In this document: positions 43,113-51,502 of the stretch, one piece after another | Layout: each line of letters begins with the position of its first letter | Numbering within the stretch: position 1 is the first letter of the stretch | NCBI GenBank assembly: GCA_044869265.1 | Contig: JBIOXD010000021.1 | Span: 2,748 to 66,747, forward strand | Length of the DNA stretch: 64,000 bases | From: Gemmatimonadales bacterium | GTDB lineage: Bacteria; Gemmatimonadota; Gemmatimonadetes; Gemmatimonadales; GWC2-71-9 | Direction: 5' to 3' | The notes under the pieces: model-generated | The model's input: only the letters and a program-made list of their open reading frames with translations | What the model was told of the DNA's origin: nothing | Database searches by the model: none | Program-made: the position numbers and the translations under genes

Positions 43113-44267
43113 CTAGTACAGCTGGACCCAACCCCGCGACCGCATCATGGAAATCTGACTCGTGGCCTGCAGGGCCGAGAGAATGGCACAGCTCGAGTAG
43201 TTCAAGGTCGCGTGGCCGCCAATCGTTTGTGTCGACAAGTCGGCGTTCCGGGCCATAACGCCGCCCCAGAAGTGCGCATCAGAAGTACCACCACCCGCGG
43301 TAATCAAGTCCCCCTGAATGATCGTGATGCCGAAAAAGTCGAATGAACCCTGGATCGTCAAGTTCCCGTCCACCAACAGAATGCCCTGCCCCTGCACGCC
43401 GTTGAGCTGCGTGCTCCCCGTGAGGTGAATAATCGGGAAATACGTACCGCAGGGCAGGTTTGGATTGTGCCCGTCACCCCAGTTTGTCAGCACGGTCTTG
43501 TCGCACACGCCGTTGGTTACCGCTGGCGCGACTTGGGTGTAGGTACCACTGGGCAACGTGATCGTAGCGCGCGCCGCCAGCTGGGCGTAGGTCGCGCCCC
43601 CAAAGACCGTAAACGTATTGTTGTTGACCGTCGGATCGTTGAGAACTGGGGGATTCCCCGTCACGGTCGACGTACCCTGCGTCGTGACCGTGCCGCCGGC
43701 GTCGCGGACACCTGCCTGGGGGGGACCCGGAGGGTCGCAGCTCGCCCACCCTGTCGGGATCTGATCTGCGCCGTTCACGTTGGCATTACCACTCACCGCC
43801 ACTGATCCTTGCGTGGTGAGCGACGCCTTGATGCCGAAATCAATGGGTGCGATACGCGCAATCATGCCGATGCGCTGACGCGCGCCGCCGCCCCCGGCAA
43901 TCGCCCCCGCGGCGCTGGCTCCATCGCGACCGGTCACGTCGATCAGAAAGAGGTTGGGCCCCACCTTGTAGCTGTAGCCGCCGTACGAGCCCGTGCCGTT
44001 CGGCGCAGCCGCGTTCGGTATGACGACCGAGTCCCGCGGATACAGGTTCCGCTTGTTCATGGTCGAGGGATCCCACGTGAGCACACGCTCCTGGGCGCCC
44101 GCTTCCGCGACGCCGAACGACGCTTGCAGTCGGCGCTGGTTCTCACCGACCCGCTGTTCCTGCGTGCCGGCGAAGAACGCTCCGGCAATCATGGCCCCAA
44201 CGACGACTAGGGCGAAGATCGCTACTGCGAGCGCCATCCCGCGCTCGTCTCGCAAGATCCGGTTCAT
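43113..44267 (-). CDS. PilX-N-like pilus-associated protein (384 aa), paralogue 2
   Basis: Start reassigned to ATG 44267 (MNRILRDERGMALAVAIFALVVVGAMIAGAFF...) by analogy with the paralogue. Confidence 0.65.
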   Translation of the reverse strand: MNRILRDERGMALAVAIFALVVVGAMIAGAFFAGTQEQRVGENQRRLQASFGVAEAGAQERVLTWDPSTMNKRNLYPRDSVVIPNAAAPNGTGSYGGYSYKVGPNLFLIDVTGRDGASAAGAIAGGGGARQRIGMIARIAPIDFGIKASLTTQGSVAVSGNANVNGADQIPTGWASCDPPGPPQAGVRDAGGTVTTQGTSTVTGNPPVLNDPTVNNNTFTVFGGATYAQLAARATITLPSGTYTQVAPAVTNGVCDKTVLTNWGDGHNPNLPCGTYFPIIHLTGSTQLNGVQGQGILLVDGNLTIQGSFDFFGITIIQGDLITAGGGTSDAHFWGGVMARNADLSTQTIGGHATLNYSSCAILSALQATSQISMMRSRGWVQLY

Positions 44268-44298
44268 GCTACTCTCCGTCATAGGGTTCCGGTCGGCC

Positions 44299-45219
44299 TT
44301 AGAACCGCCGGTTATTCCGTAATGCCACACTGGTGACGACGCTGTCGACGACCGTCGCCCGTGCCGCATCGCCACTGCGCACCGCAGCGGCGGTCCGGGC
44401 ACGGACCGTGATGTCGATTCGCGCCACATTGGTCCGAATCGCGGTGACGTTGCCGTTGGCGTCGAAGTACTGGAACGTGAGACCGTTGGTGAGCACGGGC
44501 CCGATCAGCGGCTGCATCGTCCCGGTCGCGCCCTGGAACCCGACATACCACGAGGTGTCGCCGGCGGGCTGATACAGCTGATAGACGACGTGCTCGTAGC
44601 CCCGCACGGGCGCACCCACCGGGATCGCGTTCGCCACGTTCGGGCCGAGACCGAGCAGGTTCAGCGAGAAGTTCACGCGCACCGCGGGCTGTGGGCCGGG
44701 CGGGTTGGGGTCCGGGCAGGTCGTCGGCGCATTCGGAATGGCGTTGAACGTGCCGCGCGACCAGAAATCATCCTGGCGTGAGGTCGGATCGCCGTCATAG
44801 TAGATCAGCATCGTATCGACATTGATGTTCGGCTCGCGCGCGCCGAAGAACATCGGCTGTCCCGGCGTGCCGCCGCGGATCGTCATTTGGAGCCCATTCA
44901 AGCCGGCGCCGCCCAGTACCGGCGGAACGCAGATGAAGCTCAGCCAGCGCATGACGCGCAGCTCGAGCCGTGTCGGCGTCATCGAGATGATGTCGCCATC
45001 GAACGCGTCGAGCTCGCGAAACTCCGCCGGCAGAATCGACCCCGCGGCGCGGATGTTCTGCGCCAGATCAATGCGCTGTGTCTGCGCCATATACAGCCGC
45101 TGATTGTTCACCAGCACGCGGTACAACGCAGTGCTCACCAGGCCCAGGAGCACGAGGGCCACGATGAGCTCGACGATCGTGAAACCGCGGCGCGCGCGGA
45201 TCATAGGAAGTTGTTGCAT
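44299..45219 (-). CDS. pilW: Minor pilin, PilW-like
   Basis: RRGFTIVELIVALVLLGLVSTALY is the prepilin N-methylation motif. Candidate starts are ATG 45219 and ATG 45204 (ATGA overlap with pilV). Confidence 0.7.
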   Translation of the reverse strand: MQQLPMIRARRGFTIVELIVALVLLGLVSTALYRVLVNNQRLYMAQTQRIDLAQNIRAAGSILPAEFRELDAFDGDIISMTPTRLELRVMRWLSFICVPPVLGGAGLNGLQMTIRGGTPGQPMFFGAREPNINVDTMLIYYDGDPTSRQDDFWSRGTFNAIPNAPTTCPDPNPPGPQPAVRVNFSLNLLGLGPNVANAIPVGAPVRGYEHVVYQLYQPAGDTSWYVGFQGATGTMQPLIGPVLTNGLTFQYFDANGNVTAIRTNVARIDITVRARTAAAVRSGDAARATVVDSVVTSVALRNNRRF

Positions 45220-45590
45220 GTGATCGTCGTCTCCGTCGAATCGCTGCGAACGCGATTCTGCGTTGTTCTGTAGGTGCTCACGATCTTCAGCCGGTAGTTC
45301 AGGTTGCCGAGGTCCGTGTACGTCCACCGGTTGATCGAGGTCCACGTCGAGCCGCGGTACAGTGTGTCGGTACCGTTGACGCGCAGTGCCGCTGTGCACG
45401 CCGCGACGCGCATCCGCTCGATCCGTCGCTGCGCGAAGGCAGTCGCCGCCGCGGAGCGCTGCCCGCGCGCGATCATGCGCGTCACCAGCGCCGCCGTCGT
45501 CACCATGCCGAGCACGCCGACGGTCAGCACGATGATCGCGATGATGATCTCGATGATCGTGAAACCCTTGCGATTCTTGATGATCTTCAT
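45201..45590 (-). CDS. pilV: Minor pilin, PilV-like
   Basis: Start ATG 45590 (ATGA overlap with the upstream gene). MKIIKNRKGFTIIEIIIAIIVLTVG. Confidence 0.7.
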   Translation of the reverse strand: MKIIKNRKGFTIIEIIIAIIVLTVGVLGMVTTAALVTRMIARGQRSAAATAFAQRRIERMRVAACTAALRVNGTDTLYRGSTWTSINRWTYTDLGNLNYRLKIVSTYRTTQNRVRSDSTETTITCNNFL

Positions 45591-46042
45591 TGGCGCTTCA
45601 CTCTCCCGAGCTCGTTGATGACTACCGAGTCTTGGTAGTTCGGACCGATGACATGAATCGTGGTAGGTTGGAAGACCGTCGCGATGCCGCGTGGATCGTA
45701 TACGATCGAGCCGCTGCTCGAGCTGAGCTGCACGTTGTAGGCACTTCCCACGAGCTTCTTCGTCCCCACCTCCACCAACGCGGCCGGCGGATTCACGCCG
45801 CACGCCGTCACCCAGATGCTGTCACCGGTGATGTTGAGCGTCGCCGCGCAGCCTCGTTGAATGGCCGTCCCGCGCGCCGTCGCCGCCATGGTGGCGATCA
45901 GAGCCTTGGAGCTGCGCACGTTCTGCTTCTCGAGCCCCCGACGCAGCCGGGGAAACCCGATCGAGGCAATCAAGCCGACCAGGATGATCACGAAGAGCAG
46001 TTCCACCATGCTGAAGCCGTTGCGGCGCATGAAATCCCCCAT
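45587..46042 (-). CDS. Minor pilin, FimT/GspH-like
   Basis: MGDFMRRNGFSMVELLFVIILVGLIASIGFPRL. Start ATG 46042 or ATG 46030. Confidence 0.65.
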   Translation of the reverse strand: MGDFMRRNGFSMVELLFVIILVGLIASIGFPRLRRGLEKQNVRSSKALIATMAATARGTAIQRGCAATLNITGDSIWVTACGVNPPAALVEVGTKKLVGSAYNVQLSSSSGSIVYDPRGIATVFQPTTIHVIGPNYQDSVVINELGRVKRQ

Positions 46043-46161
46043 TGGCCGGGCTGCTATTACAGGATCTGTGCCTGAATCTAGGTACCTGATATACAAAGAC
46101 TTACACTAGGAAGGGACAACGCGAAGGCGTGCAGAACGCTTCATACGCGCAAGATCTTGCA

Positions 46162-47496
46162 TTAGGTGATCCCATAGCGGTCGATCTTGTAAAACAGCGT
46201 TCTGAGGCTCACGCCGAGGCTCTTGGCGGCTTGGCGCCGATTGCCGTTGCACCGCTCCAGTGCTTCGGTGATCGCCTGCCGCTCAGCTGCACCGACGGCA
46301 TCGGCGAGGGTGCCGAGTGGTGCGTGGGGCATGGTGCGGGGTGCTTCGCCGAAGTCGTTCGGCTCGAGCGCTTGCTTGTTCGAGAGCACCGCGGCGCGCT
46401 CGATCGCGTTCTCCAGCTCCCGCACGTTGCCGGGCCATTCTTGGTCTTCGAGCCATGTCAGCGCCGCATCGCCAATCGACAGCGGGTGCGCGAAGCGCTT
46501 GGCCAGCTGCGCCGCGAAGAGGCGCGCCAGCGGCGCGATGTCCTCACGTCGCTTCCTGAGCGGCGGCAGCTCGATTGCCACGACGTTGAGGCGATAGAAC
46601 AAATCCTCTCGGAAGCGCCCAGCGCGCGTTTCGGCCTCCAAGTCGCGAGCGGTAGCAGCGAGCACGCGGACATCCACCTGCCGCGTTTTCTGATCGCCGA
46701 CCCGTCGGATCTCGCCCTCCTGCAGGACGCGGAGGAGCTTCGCCTGCAACCCAACGGGAAGCTCCCCGATCTCATCGAGCAGCAGCGTTCCACCGTTTGC
46801 CGCTTCGAACAGCCCCGTCTTGTCGGCTGTCGCTCCCGTAAACGCGCCGCGAACGTGACCGAACAGCTCGGACTCGAGTAGTGCTTCGGGAATGGCGGCG
46901 CAGTTGATGCCGACGAAGGCCTTGCTTGCGCGTGGGCTGGCCCGATGAATCGCACGGGCGATGACCTCTTTACCGGTGCCGCTCTCGCCGGTGATCAGCA
47001 CCGTCGTATTGTGCTCCGCCACGCGCGCGACCAAGGCCAGCGCCTGGCGCATTGCGCCGCTCTCGGCGACGAGACCGCGCTCGGCGGGTCCTGTCGCGAG
47101 TTGCGCTCGGAGCCCGGCGACTTCCTCGCGGAGCCGCTCGCGTTCTTCCGCTTTGCGCAGCGTGAGGACAACCTCATCGGGACGGAACGGCTTGGGCAAG
47201 TAATCGTAGGCGCCTTCCTTCATCGCCGCGATGGCCGCGTCCTCGCCGCCATAGGCGCTCATGACGATGACCAGCGCGCTGCCGCCGCGCTCACGGTAGT
47301 GACGGAGGAAGGTGAGACCATCCATCTCGGGCATACGGACGTCACACAGCACCAGATCGAATGGCTCGGCCGTCGCTCGCTCGAGCGCGCGGCGGCCGTT
47401 CTGCTCGGCGCTCACCGCATAACCGGCATCGGTGAGCAGGAGACCCAGGCTCTGGCGCAGGCCCGGTTCGTCGTCGACAACCAGGACTCGCTTCAG
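46162..47496 (-). CDS. pilR: Sigma-54-dependent response regulator (PilR-like), apparently with a CTG start
   Basis: The receiver continues upstream of the listed GTG as (L)[27 protein letters not shown]... up to an in-frame TGA. AAA+ motif [18 protein letters not shown] motif [16 protein letters not shown]. Confidence 0.75.
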   Translation of the reverse strand: MKRVLVVDDEPGLRQSLGLLLTDAGYAVSAEQNGRRALERATAEPFDLVLCDVRMPEMDGLTFLRHYRERGGSALVIVMSAYGGEDAAIAAMKEGAYDYLPKPFRPDEVVLTLRKAEERERLREEVAGLRAQLATGPAERGLVAESGAMRQALALVARVAEHNTTVLITGESGTGKEVIARAIHRASPRASKAFVGINCAAIPEALLESELFGHVRGAFTGATADKTGLFEAANGGTLLLDEIGELPVGLQAKLLRVLQEGEIRRVGDQKTRQVDVRVLAATARDLEAETRAGRFREDLFYRLNVVAIELPPLRKRREDIAPLARLFAAQLAKRFAHPLSIGDAALTWLEDQEWPGNVRELENAIERAAVLSNKQALEPNDFGEAPRTMPHAPLGTLADAVGAAERQAITEALERCNGNRRQAAKSLGVSLRTLFYKIDRYGIT

Positions 47497-48716
47497 TCCT
47501 CACCCCCGGGCCCCTTCTCCCGATGGGAGAGGGACGATGGGACGGCGACCGGGAAGAAGAGCTTGAACGCTGCTCCCCCCTCTCGCGCGACGTCGACCCA
47601 CACGACGCCGCCCATCTCGTGAACCGTCCGCGCGACAATCGCCAGCCCAAGACCCGTGCCACGGCCCGGATCCTTCGTCGTATAGAAGGGCTCGAAGACC
47701 TTCTCCCGATCCCCCGGTGCGATGCCCGGGCCCGAATCAGCGACGAAGACCAGCGCTCCCGGTTGCCCCGCCGCAAACTCCATTCGAGCGGGCCGGCGCT
47801 CGGCCGCCCGCGGGAACACTGCGAAACCGGGATCGCTGTTGCGTTTCGGCGGCGATCGCCCCGGCTCGTACGCCCAGCGGCGTACCCCAATCACGATCGT
47901 CCCGCCAGGTGGCGTGGCGTCGACGGCGTTGAGCAGCAGGTTCACCAGGGCCTGCTGGAGCACGTGTGCGCGCCCGGCGATCTCGGGGACGTGCGGGAAA
48001 ATGTCGGTGTTTGCGTTCACGGCGCGAAACGCCCCCTGCGCACGCAGCAGCTCGAACGCTCCCCGAACGATGCGAGATGGGTCGACCGGAACGAGGGGAT
48101 CTTCCTGGGGCCGTGCGTAGTCGAGGAGGCTGCGAACGATCCGATCCAGCCGCTCGAGCTCCTGAGCCATCCCTTCGGTGACTTGCTGATCGGCGCCTCG
48201 GCGGCGCAGCACCTCGACGTAGGTGCCGATCGCACCCAGCGGGTTGCCCACCTCGTGGGCGACGCCGGCTGCCAACCGGCCGATGCTCGCCAGTTTTTCA
48301 CTGCGCACGAGCTGGCTCTGCGCATCGAGCAGGCGTTCGGTCATTCGGTTCAGACGTTCGGCAAGGGTCGCGAAGTCCCGGGTATCGGCACCGGGGGCGC
48401 GGGCTCCCAAGTCGCCATCTGCCACCGCATCCGCCGCCTGCATCACGCGGTCCAGCGGCCTCAGGACCAGGCGGCTGACCAGCCACCGGCCGTAGAGGAC
48501 GAATATCGCGACCTCGACAGCGATGAGGATGATGACGAGGATGACACCACTCTCGGGGGCCATGGCCAGCGTCAGCAGCGAGGTCGCGACGCCGACCAGG
48601 AGCGCGAAAGCGACAAGAAATGTCAGGTAGAACAGCAGCTCGACGCGGAGCGCCGGCTTGGGGCGGCCCCCCTTTGGCGAGGGGGGAGGAGCAGAGACGG
48701 TCTGAGGCGCTGCCAC
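47493..48716 (-). CDS. Sensor histidine kinase (two TM helices, HAMP, HisKA, HATPase) paired with the PilR-like regulator
   Basis: H-box AAGVAHEVGNPL, N-box LLNAVDA, and G-boxes DSGPGI and GTGLGLAIV. Confidence 0.85.
   Translation of the reverse strand: MAAPQTVSAPPPSPKGGRPKPALRVELLFYLTFLVAFALLVGVATSLLTLAMAPESGVILVIILIAVEVAIFVLYGRWLVSRLVLRPLDRVMQAADAVADGDLGARAPGADTRDFATLAERLNRMTERLLDAQSQLVRSEKLASIGRLAAGVAHEVGNPLGAIGTYVEVLRRRGADQQVTEGMAQELERLDRIVRSLLDYARPQEDPLVPVDPSRIVRGAFELLRAQGAFRAVNANTDIFPHVPEIAGRAHVLQQALVNLLLNAVDATPPGGTIVIGVRRWAYEPGRSPPKRNSDPGFAVFPRAAERRPARMEFAAGQPGALVFVADSGPGIAPGDREKVFEPFYTTKDPGRGTGLGLAIVARTVHEMGGVVWVDVAREGGAAFKLFFPVAVPSSLSHREKGPGGED
47496..47534. repeat. Partial copy of the palindromic element family at the kinase/regulator junction
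   Basis: GTCCTCACCCCCGGGCCCCTTCTCCCGATGGGAGAGGGA. Encodes the kinase C-terminal tail ..[13 protein letters not shown]. Confidence 0.65.
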
Positions 48717-48775
48717 GGTGCAACAATATGCACTATCAAGTTGGAAGGAGGTTCAAACGGCCTGATTGACCCAGA

Positions 48776-48810
48776 TAAAAAGGCGGCGGGGATCTCTCCC
48801 CGCCGCTCTT
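48776..48810 (-). terminator. Rho-independent terminator after pilA copy 1
   Basis: The minus strand reads GCGGCGGGGAG-AGAT-CCCCGCCGCC followed by TTTTT. Confidence 0.75.
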
Positions 48811-48831
48811 TCATGCCTCAGGCCAGAGGCC

Positions 48832-49200
48832 TTATTGGCACTTCGGCTCGCCTTCCTTGTTGGCAGGCGCCAGCGGAGTCGACCCGACGTAGATCGCGCA
48901 AGTCTTGGTGGTCGTGGTGTGGGACACCGTCGCGGTGAACCCGTCAGCCGTCACCGTTATGGTGGGGCCAACCACGCCAGTGGTGGTGTTGTATTGCGTA
49001 CCCAGGTTGCTGGTGTACTTGACCGAGTCGGCGAAATACGCCTCTTCAGCCGTGATCAGGTTGCGCAGATCTGACTTCATCGAGGCGAGGTACGCCTTCT
49101 CCTTCGTGTTCGCGAACTTCGGAATCGCGATCGCGGCCAGAATACCAATGATCACAACCACGATGAGAAGTTCGATCAGTGTGAAGCCCTTACGGTTCAT
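48832..49200 (-). CDS. pilA: Type IV major pilin PilA, copy 1
   Basis: MNRKG/FTLIELLIVVVIIGILAAIAIP is the class III signal. C-terminal Cys pair (..KTCAIYVG...EPKCQ). Confidence 0.9.
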   Translation of the reverse strand: MNRKGFTLIELLIVVVIIGILAAIAIPKFANTKEKAYLASMKSDLRNLITAEEAYFADSVKYTSNLGTQYNTTTGVVGPTITVTADGFTATVSHTTTTKTCAIYVGSTPLAPANKEGEPKCQ

Positions 49201-49344
49201 CCGGACGACCTCCCTCCCTCAGGGGAACAACGCGGGCGGGCACGCCTCAACGATCCGCATTGAGTCGCGCCCCACTCTGTGCCGCAGGTCACCATTTACG
49301 CGGGCGCGAACCCGGGGATTTCCTTGATGGGGGAGTTTGGTTAC

Positions 49345-49380
49345 AAAAAAAAACGGCGGGGATCGCTCCCCGCCGCTCTT
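49345..49380 (-). terminator. Rho-independent terminator after pilA copy 2
   Basis: The minus strand reads GCGGCGGGGAG-CGAT-CCCCGCCG followed by T9. Confidence 0.75.
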
Positions 49381-49401
49381 TCATGCCTCAGGCCAGAGGC
49401 C

Positions 49402-49770
49402 TTATTGGCACTTCGGCTCGCCTTCCTTGTTGGCAGGCGCCAGCGGAGTCGACCCGACGTAAATCGCGCAGGTCTTCGTGGTCGTGGTGTGGGACACCGT
49501 AGCGGTGAACCCGTCAGCCGTCACCGTGATGGTGGGGCCAACCACGCCGCTGGTCGTCGCGTACGCCGTACCCAGGTTGCTCGTGTACTTCACCGAGTCG
49601 GCAAAATACGCCTCTTCAGCCGTCACGAGGTTCCGCAGGTCCGACTTCATCGACGCGAGATAGGCCTTCTCCTTCGTGTTAGCGAACTTCGGAATCGCGA
49701 TCGCGGCCAAAATGCCGATGATCACGACCACGATCAGAAGTTCAATCAGTGTGAAACCCTTGCGGTTCAT
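49402..49770 (-). CDS. pilA: Type IV major pilin PilA, copy 2
   Basis: Start reassigned to ATG 49770. 122 aa, differing from copy 1 at I48V and in GTQYNTTTG versus GTAYATTSG. Confidence 0.9.
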   Translation of the reverse strand: MNRKGFTLIELLIVVVIIGILAAIAIPKFANTKEKAYLASMKSDLRNLVTAEEAYFADSVKYTSNLGTAYATTSGVVGPTITVTADGFTATVSHTTTTKTCAIYVGSTPLAPANKEGEPKCQ

Positions 49771-49830
49771 CTCGACTACCTCCTGAAAAGATCCGAAACA
49801 GGGCACATCCTTATGTTCCACCCTGGGATC

Positions 49831-49847
49831 AAGCACGATTCATGCCT
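49831..49847 (-). promoter_or_regulatory. Candidate sigma-54 (-24/-12) promoter upstream of pilA copy 2
   Basis: The minus strand reads AGGCATGAATCGTGCTT versus consensus TGGCACG-N4-TTGCW. GG and GC are at the correct spacing, ~60 nt upstream of the ATG. Two sigma-54 activators are encoded nearby. Confidence 0.45.
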
Positions 49848-49963
49848 TTGATGGATAGCACGGCCGCATATTGCATTGCTGCAATGACTTACGTCGTCAG
49901 GTTAGTGATTGCCGACCACCCCAAAAGCGCTGAAACTCACGCTTTTTGCAAGGCCCCGGCCAC

Positions 49964-51502
49964 CTACTGCAAGTATTGCCGGTACCAGGAGGCTTCCCCT
50001 GGCAGCTCCTTTGCTGAGTCCGCGATGGCACGCGCTAATCCAGGCTGATTGCGCGCGCGCGCAAGCAGAAACCGCGCTCTACGCGTCATCCGCACCCCCA
50101 CCTTCGTGCTCTCACCTCGCGCGATGAGCGGCAGGGCAGCCGCCGTGTCCCCGATGCCGATCAGAAAAATCGCGTGCGCACCGTCGAGATAGGGATCGCC
50201 TGAAAAGAGCGAGTCCGCCGTTCGGTATTCGCGCCGCGCTCCGGCGGTGTCACGGAGTCCGGCGAGCACCGCAGCGGCGGACGCGTGGGCTCGATACGAC
50301 TCGGGATGATCGATAAGCAGCGTCAGCAATTGCGCGCGGTTGTCTTGCCATGCGGGGAGCCGTGCGAGCGAGCGTGCGCCGGCAGCAACGACGAGAATCG
50401 CGGTCGCGAGCGCGGCCGGGCGCGCGCCGCGCTGAACAGCGAACCAGGCCGCGCCCCAGCCCACGAGGACCGCCGGAAGTGCAACCGCGAGATAGAGATT
50501 GCGCTCCGCCAGCGCCACGCCTGACGGGAAGAAGAGATTCGCCGTCGGCAGATACGAGAGCAGGGCGAGACCCGCTGCGAACGAGATCGCGGGAGCGCGC
50601 CGCCGGCACCACAGTACGAGAGCCGGAACGAGGACGACGATACCGAAGCCGAGCAGCGCAGCAAGCGAAACGCCGGTGCGCGCCGGAAGCACTTGCGGGC
50701 TATAGTCGACCGAGAGAGATGCGGGCCAGACCAGCAGCCACGCCGCCTGAAGCACCGCCGGCAAGGCAATCGCCAATCGTCCCCATGTTCCCCTTCCGTA
50801 GAATACTGCCGCCGCGTCGCTCTCTCCGACCCAACCGATGGCCAACCAGGCAGCAAGGAAACCGGCGGTCACGATCCCGAGAACGACCCAGAAACCGGCA
50901 CTCGCATTCCGGCGCACGGCGCACGGCGCACCGCGCACGGGTGACAGCCACTTATCGAGCAGTATGACGACACCAGCAATGACACCGTGCTCCTTGCCGA
51001 GCATCGCCAGCACAGCACAGACCACGGCTACGATCCACCAACCGCGACGTACCGCGAGCACGCCCCCAAAGATGCCGACAGCCACGAGAAGCTCCGCCCG
51101 CCCGACGAGGCTCGCGACGGCCTCGACATGCACCGGGTGCCAAGCGAATACGAGGCCCGCCGCGGCGGCGCCGATCGGCGGAAGCCATCGTGCGATGATG
51201 CAGACAAACAACACGGTCGCGAGACCGTGCCAGAGCGCGTTCATCAGGTGGAGCCATCCGGATCGACCACGCCCGATGGTCCAGTCGACGGCGAAACTGA
51301 GGATCGTAAGCGGTCGATACAGCCCCGCCCCCGCCTCGGGCGGCCAGTAAGGTTCGTCAAACGCACGCAGCGCGGCGCCGATGGAATGCGTCGCCGGGTT
51401 CGAGACGATGATCGAGCGATCGTCCTGGACGTAGCCGTATCGCGACGTGGGGAGATACAGCGCCACTGCCGCGACAAAAATGACAACGAGGTTGCGTCTC
51501 AC
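49964..51502 (-). CDS. TMTC-like GT-C membrane glycosyltransferase candidate with C-terminal TPR repeats, copy 1
   Basis: YVQDDRSIIVSNPATHS...LYRPLTILSF matches my recollection of the eukaryotic TMTC N-terminal loop motifs (F-x-DD-x-x-AI-x-N; YRPLT-x-L-S/T-F). About 10 TM segments followed by TPR-like helices. Confidence 0.6.
   Translation of the reverse strand: MRRNLVVIFVAAVALYLPTSRYGYVQDDRSIIVSNPATHSIGAALRAFDEPYWPPEAGAGLYRPLTILSFAVDWTIGRGRSGWLHLMNALWHGLATVLFVCIIARWLPPIGAAAAGLVFAWHPVHVEAVASLVGRAELLVAVGIFGGVLAVRRGWWIVAVVCAVLAMLGKEHGVIAGVVILLDKWLSPVRGAPCAVRRNASAGFWVVLGIVTAGFLAAWLAIGWVGESDAAAVFYGRGTWGRLAIALPAVLQAAWLLVWPASLSVDYSPQVLPARTGVSLAALLGFGIVVLVPALVLWCRRRAPAISFAAGLALLSYLPTANLFFPSGVALAERNLYLAVALPAVLVGWGAAWFAVQRGARPAALATAILVVAAGARSLARLPAWQDNRAQLLTLLIDHPESYRAHASAAAVLAGLRDTAGARREYRTADSLFSGDPYLDGAHAIFLIGIGDTAAALPLIARGESTKVGVRMTRRARFLLARARNQPGLARAIADSAKELPGEASWYRQYLQ

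Larger units (their letters stand above)
48778..49770 (-). repeat. Tandem duplication (570-nt offset) of pilA plus its terminator
   Basis: 48778..49200 and 49349..49770 align without gaps. Differences are mostly synonymous, apart from one variable patch. Confidence 0.85.

Noticed and set aside
49201-49344. Second sigma-54 promoter upstream of pilA copy 1
   Set aside because: The candidate GG/GC pairs (TGGTGAC..GCA, GGCACA..GGGC) have wrong spacing by one nt. There is no acceptable match.
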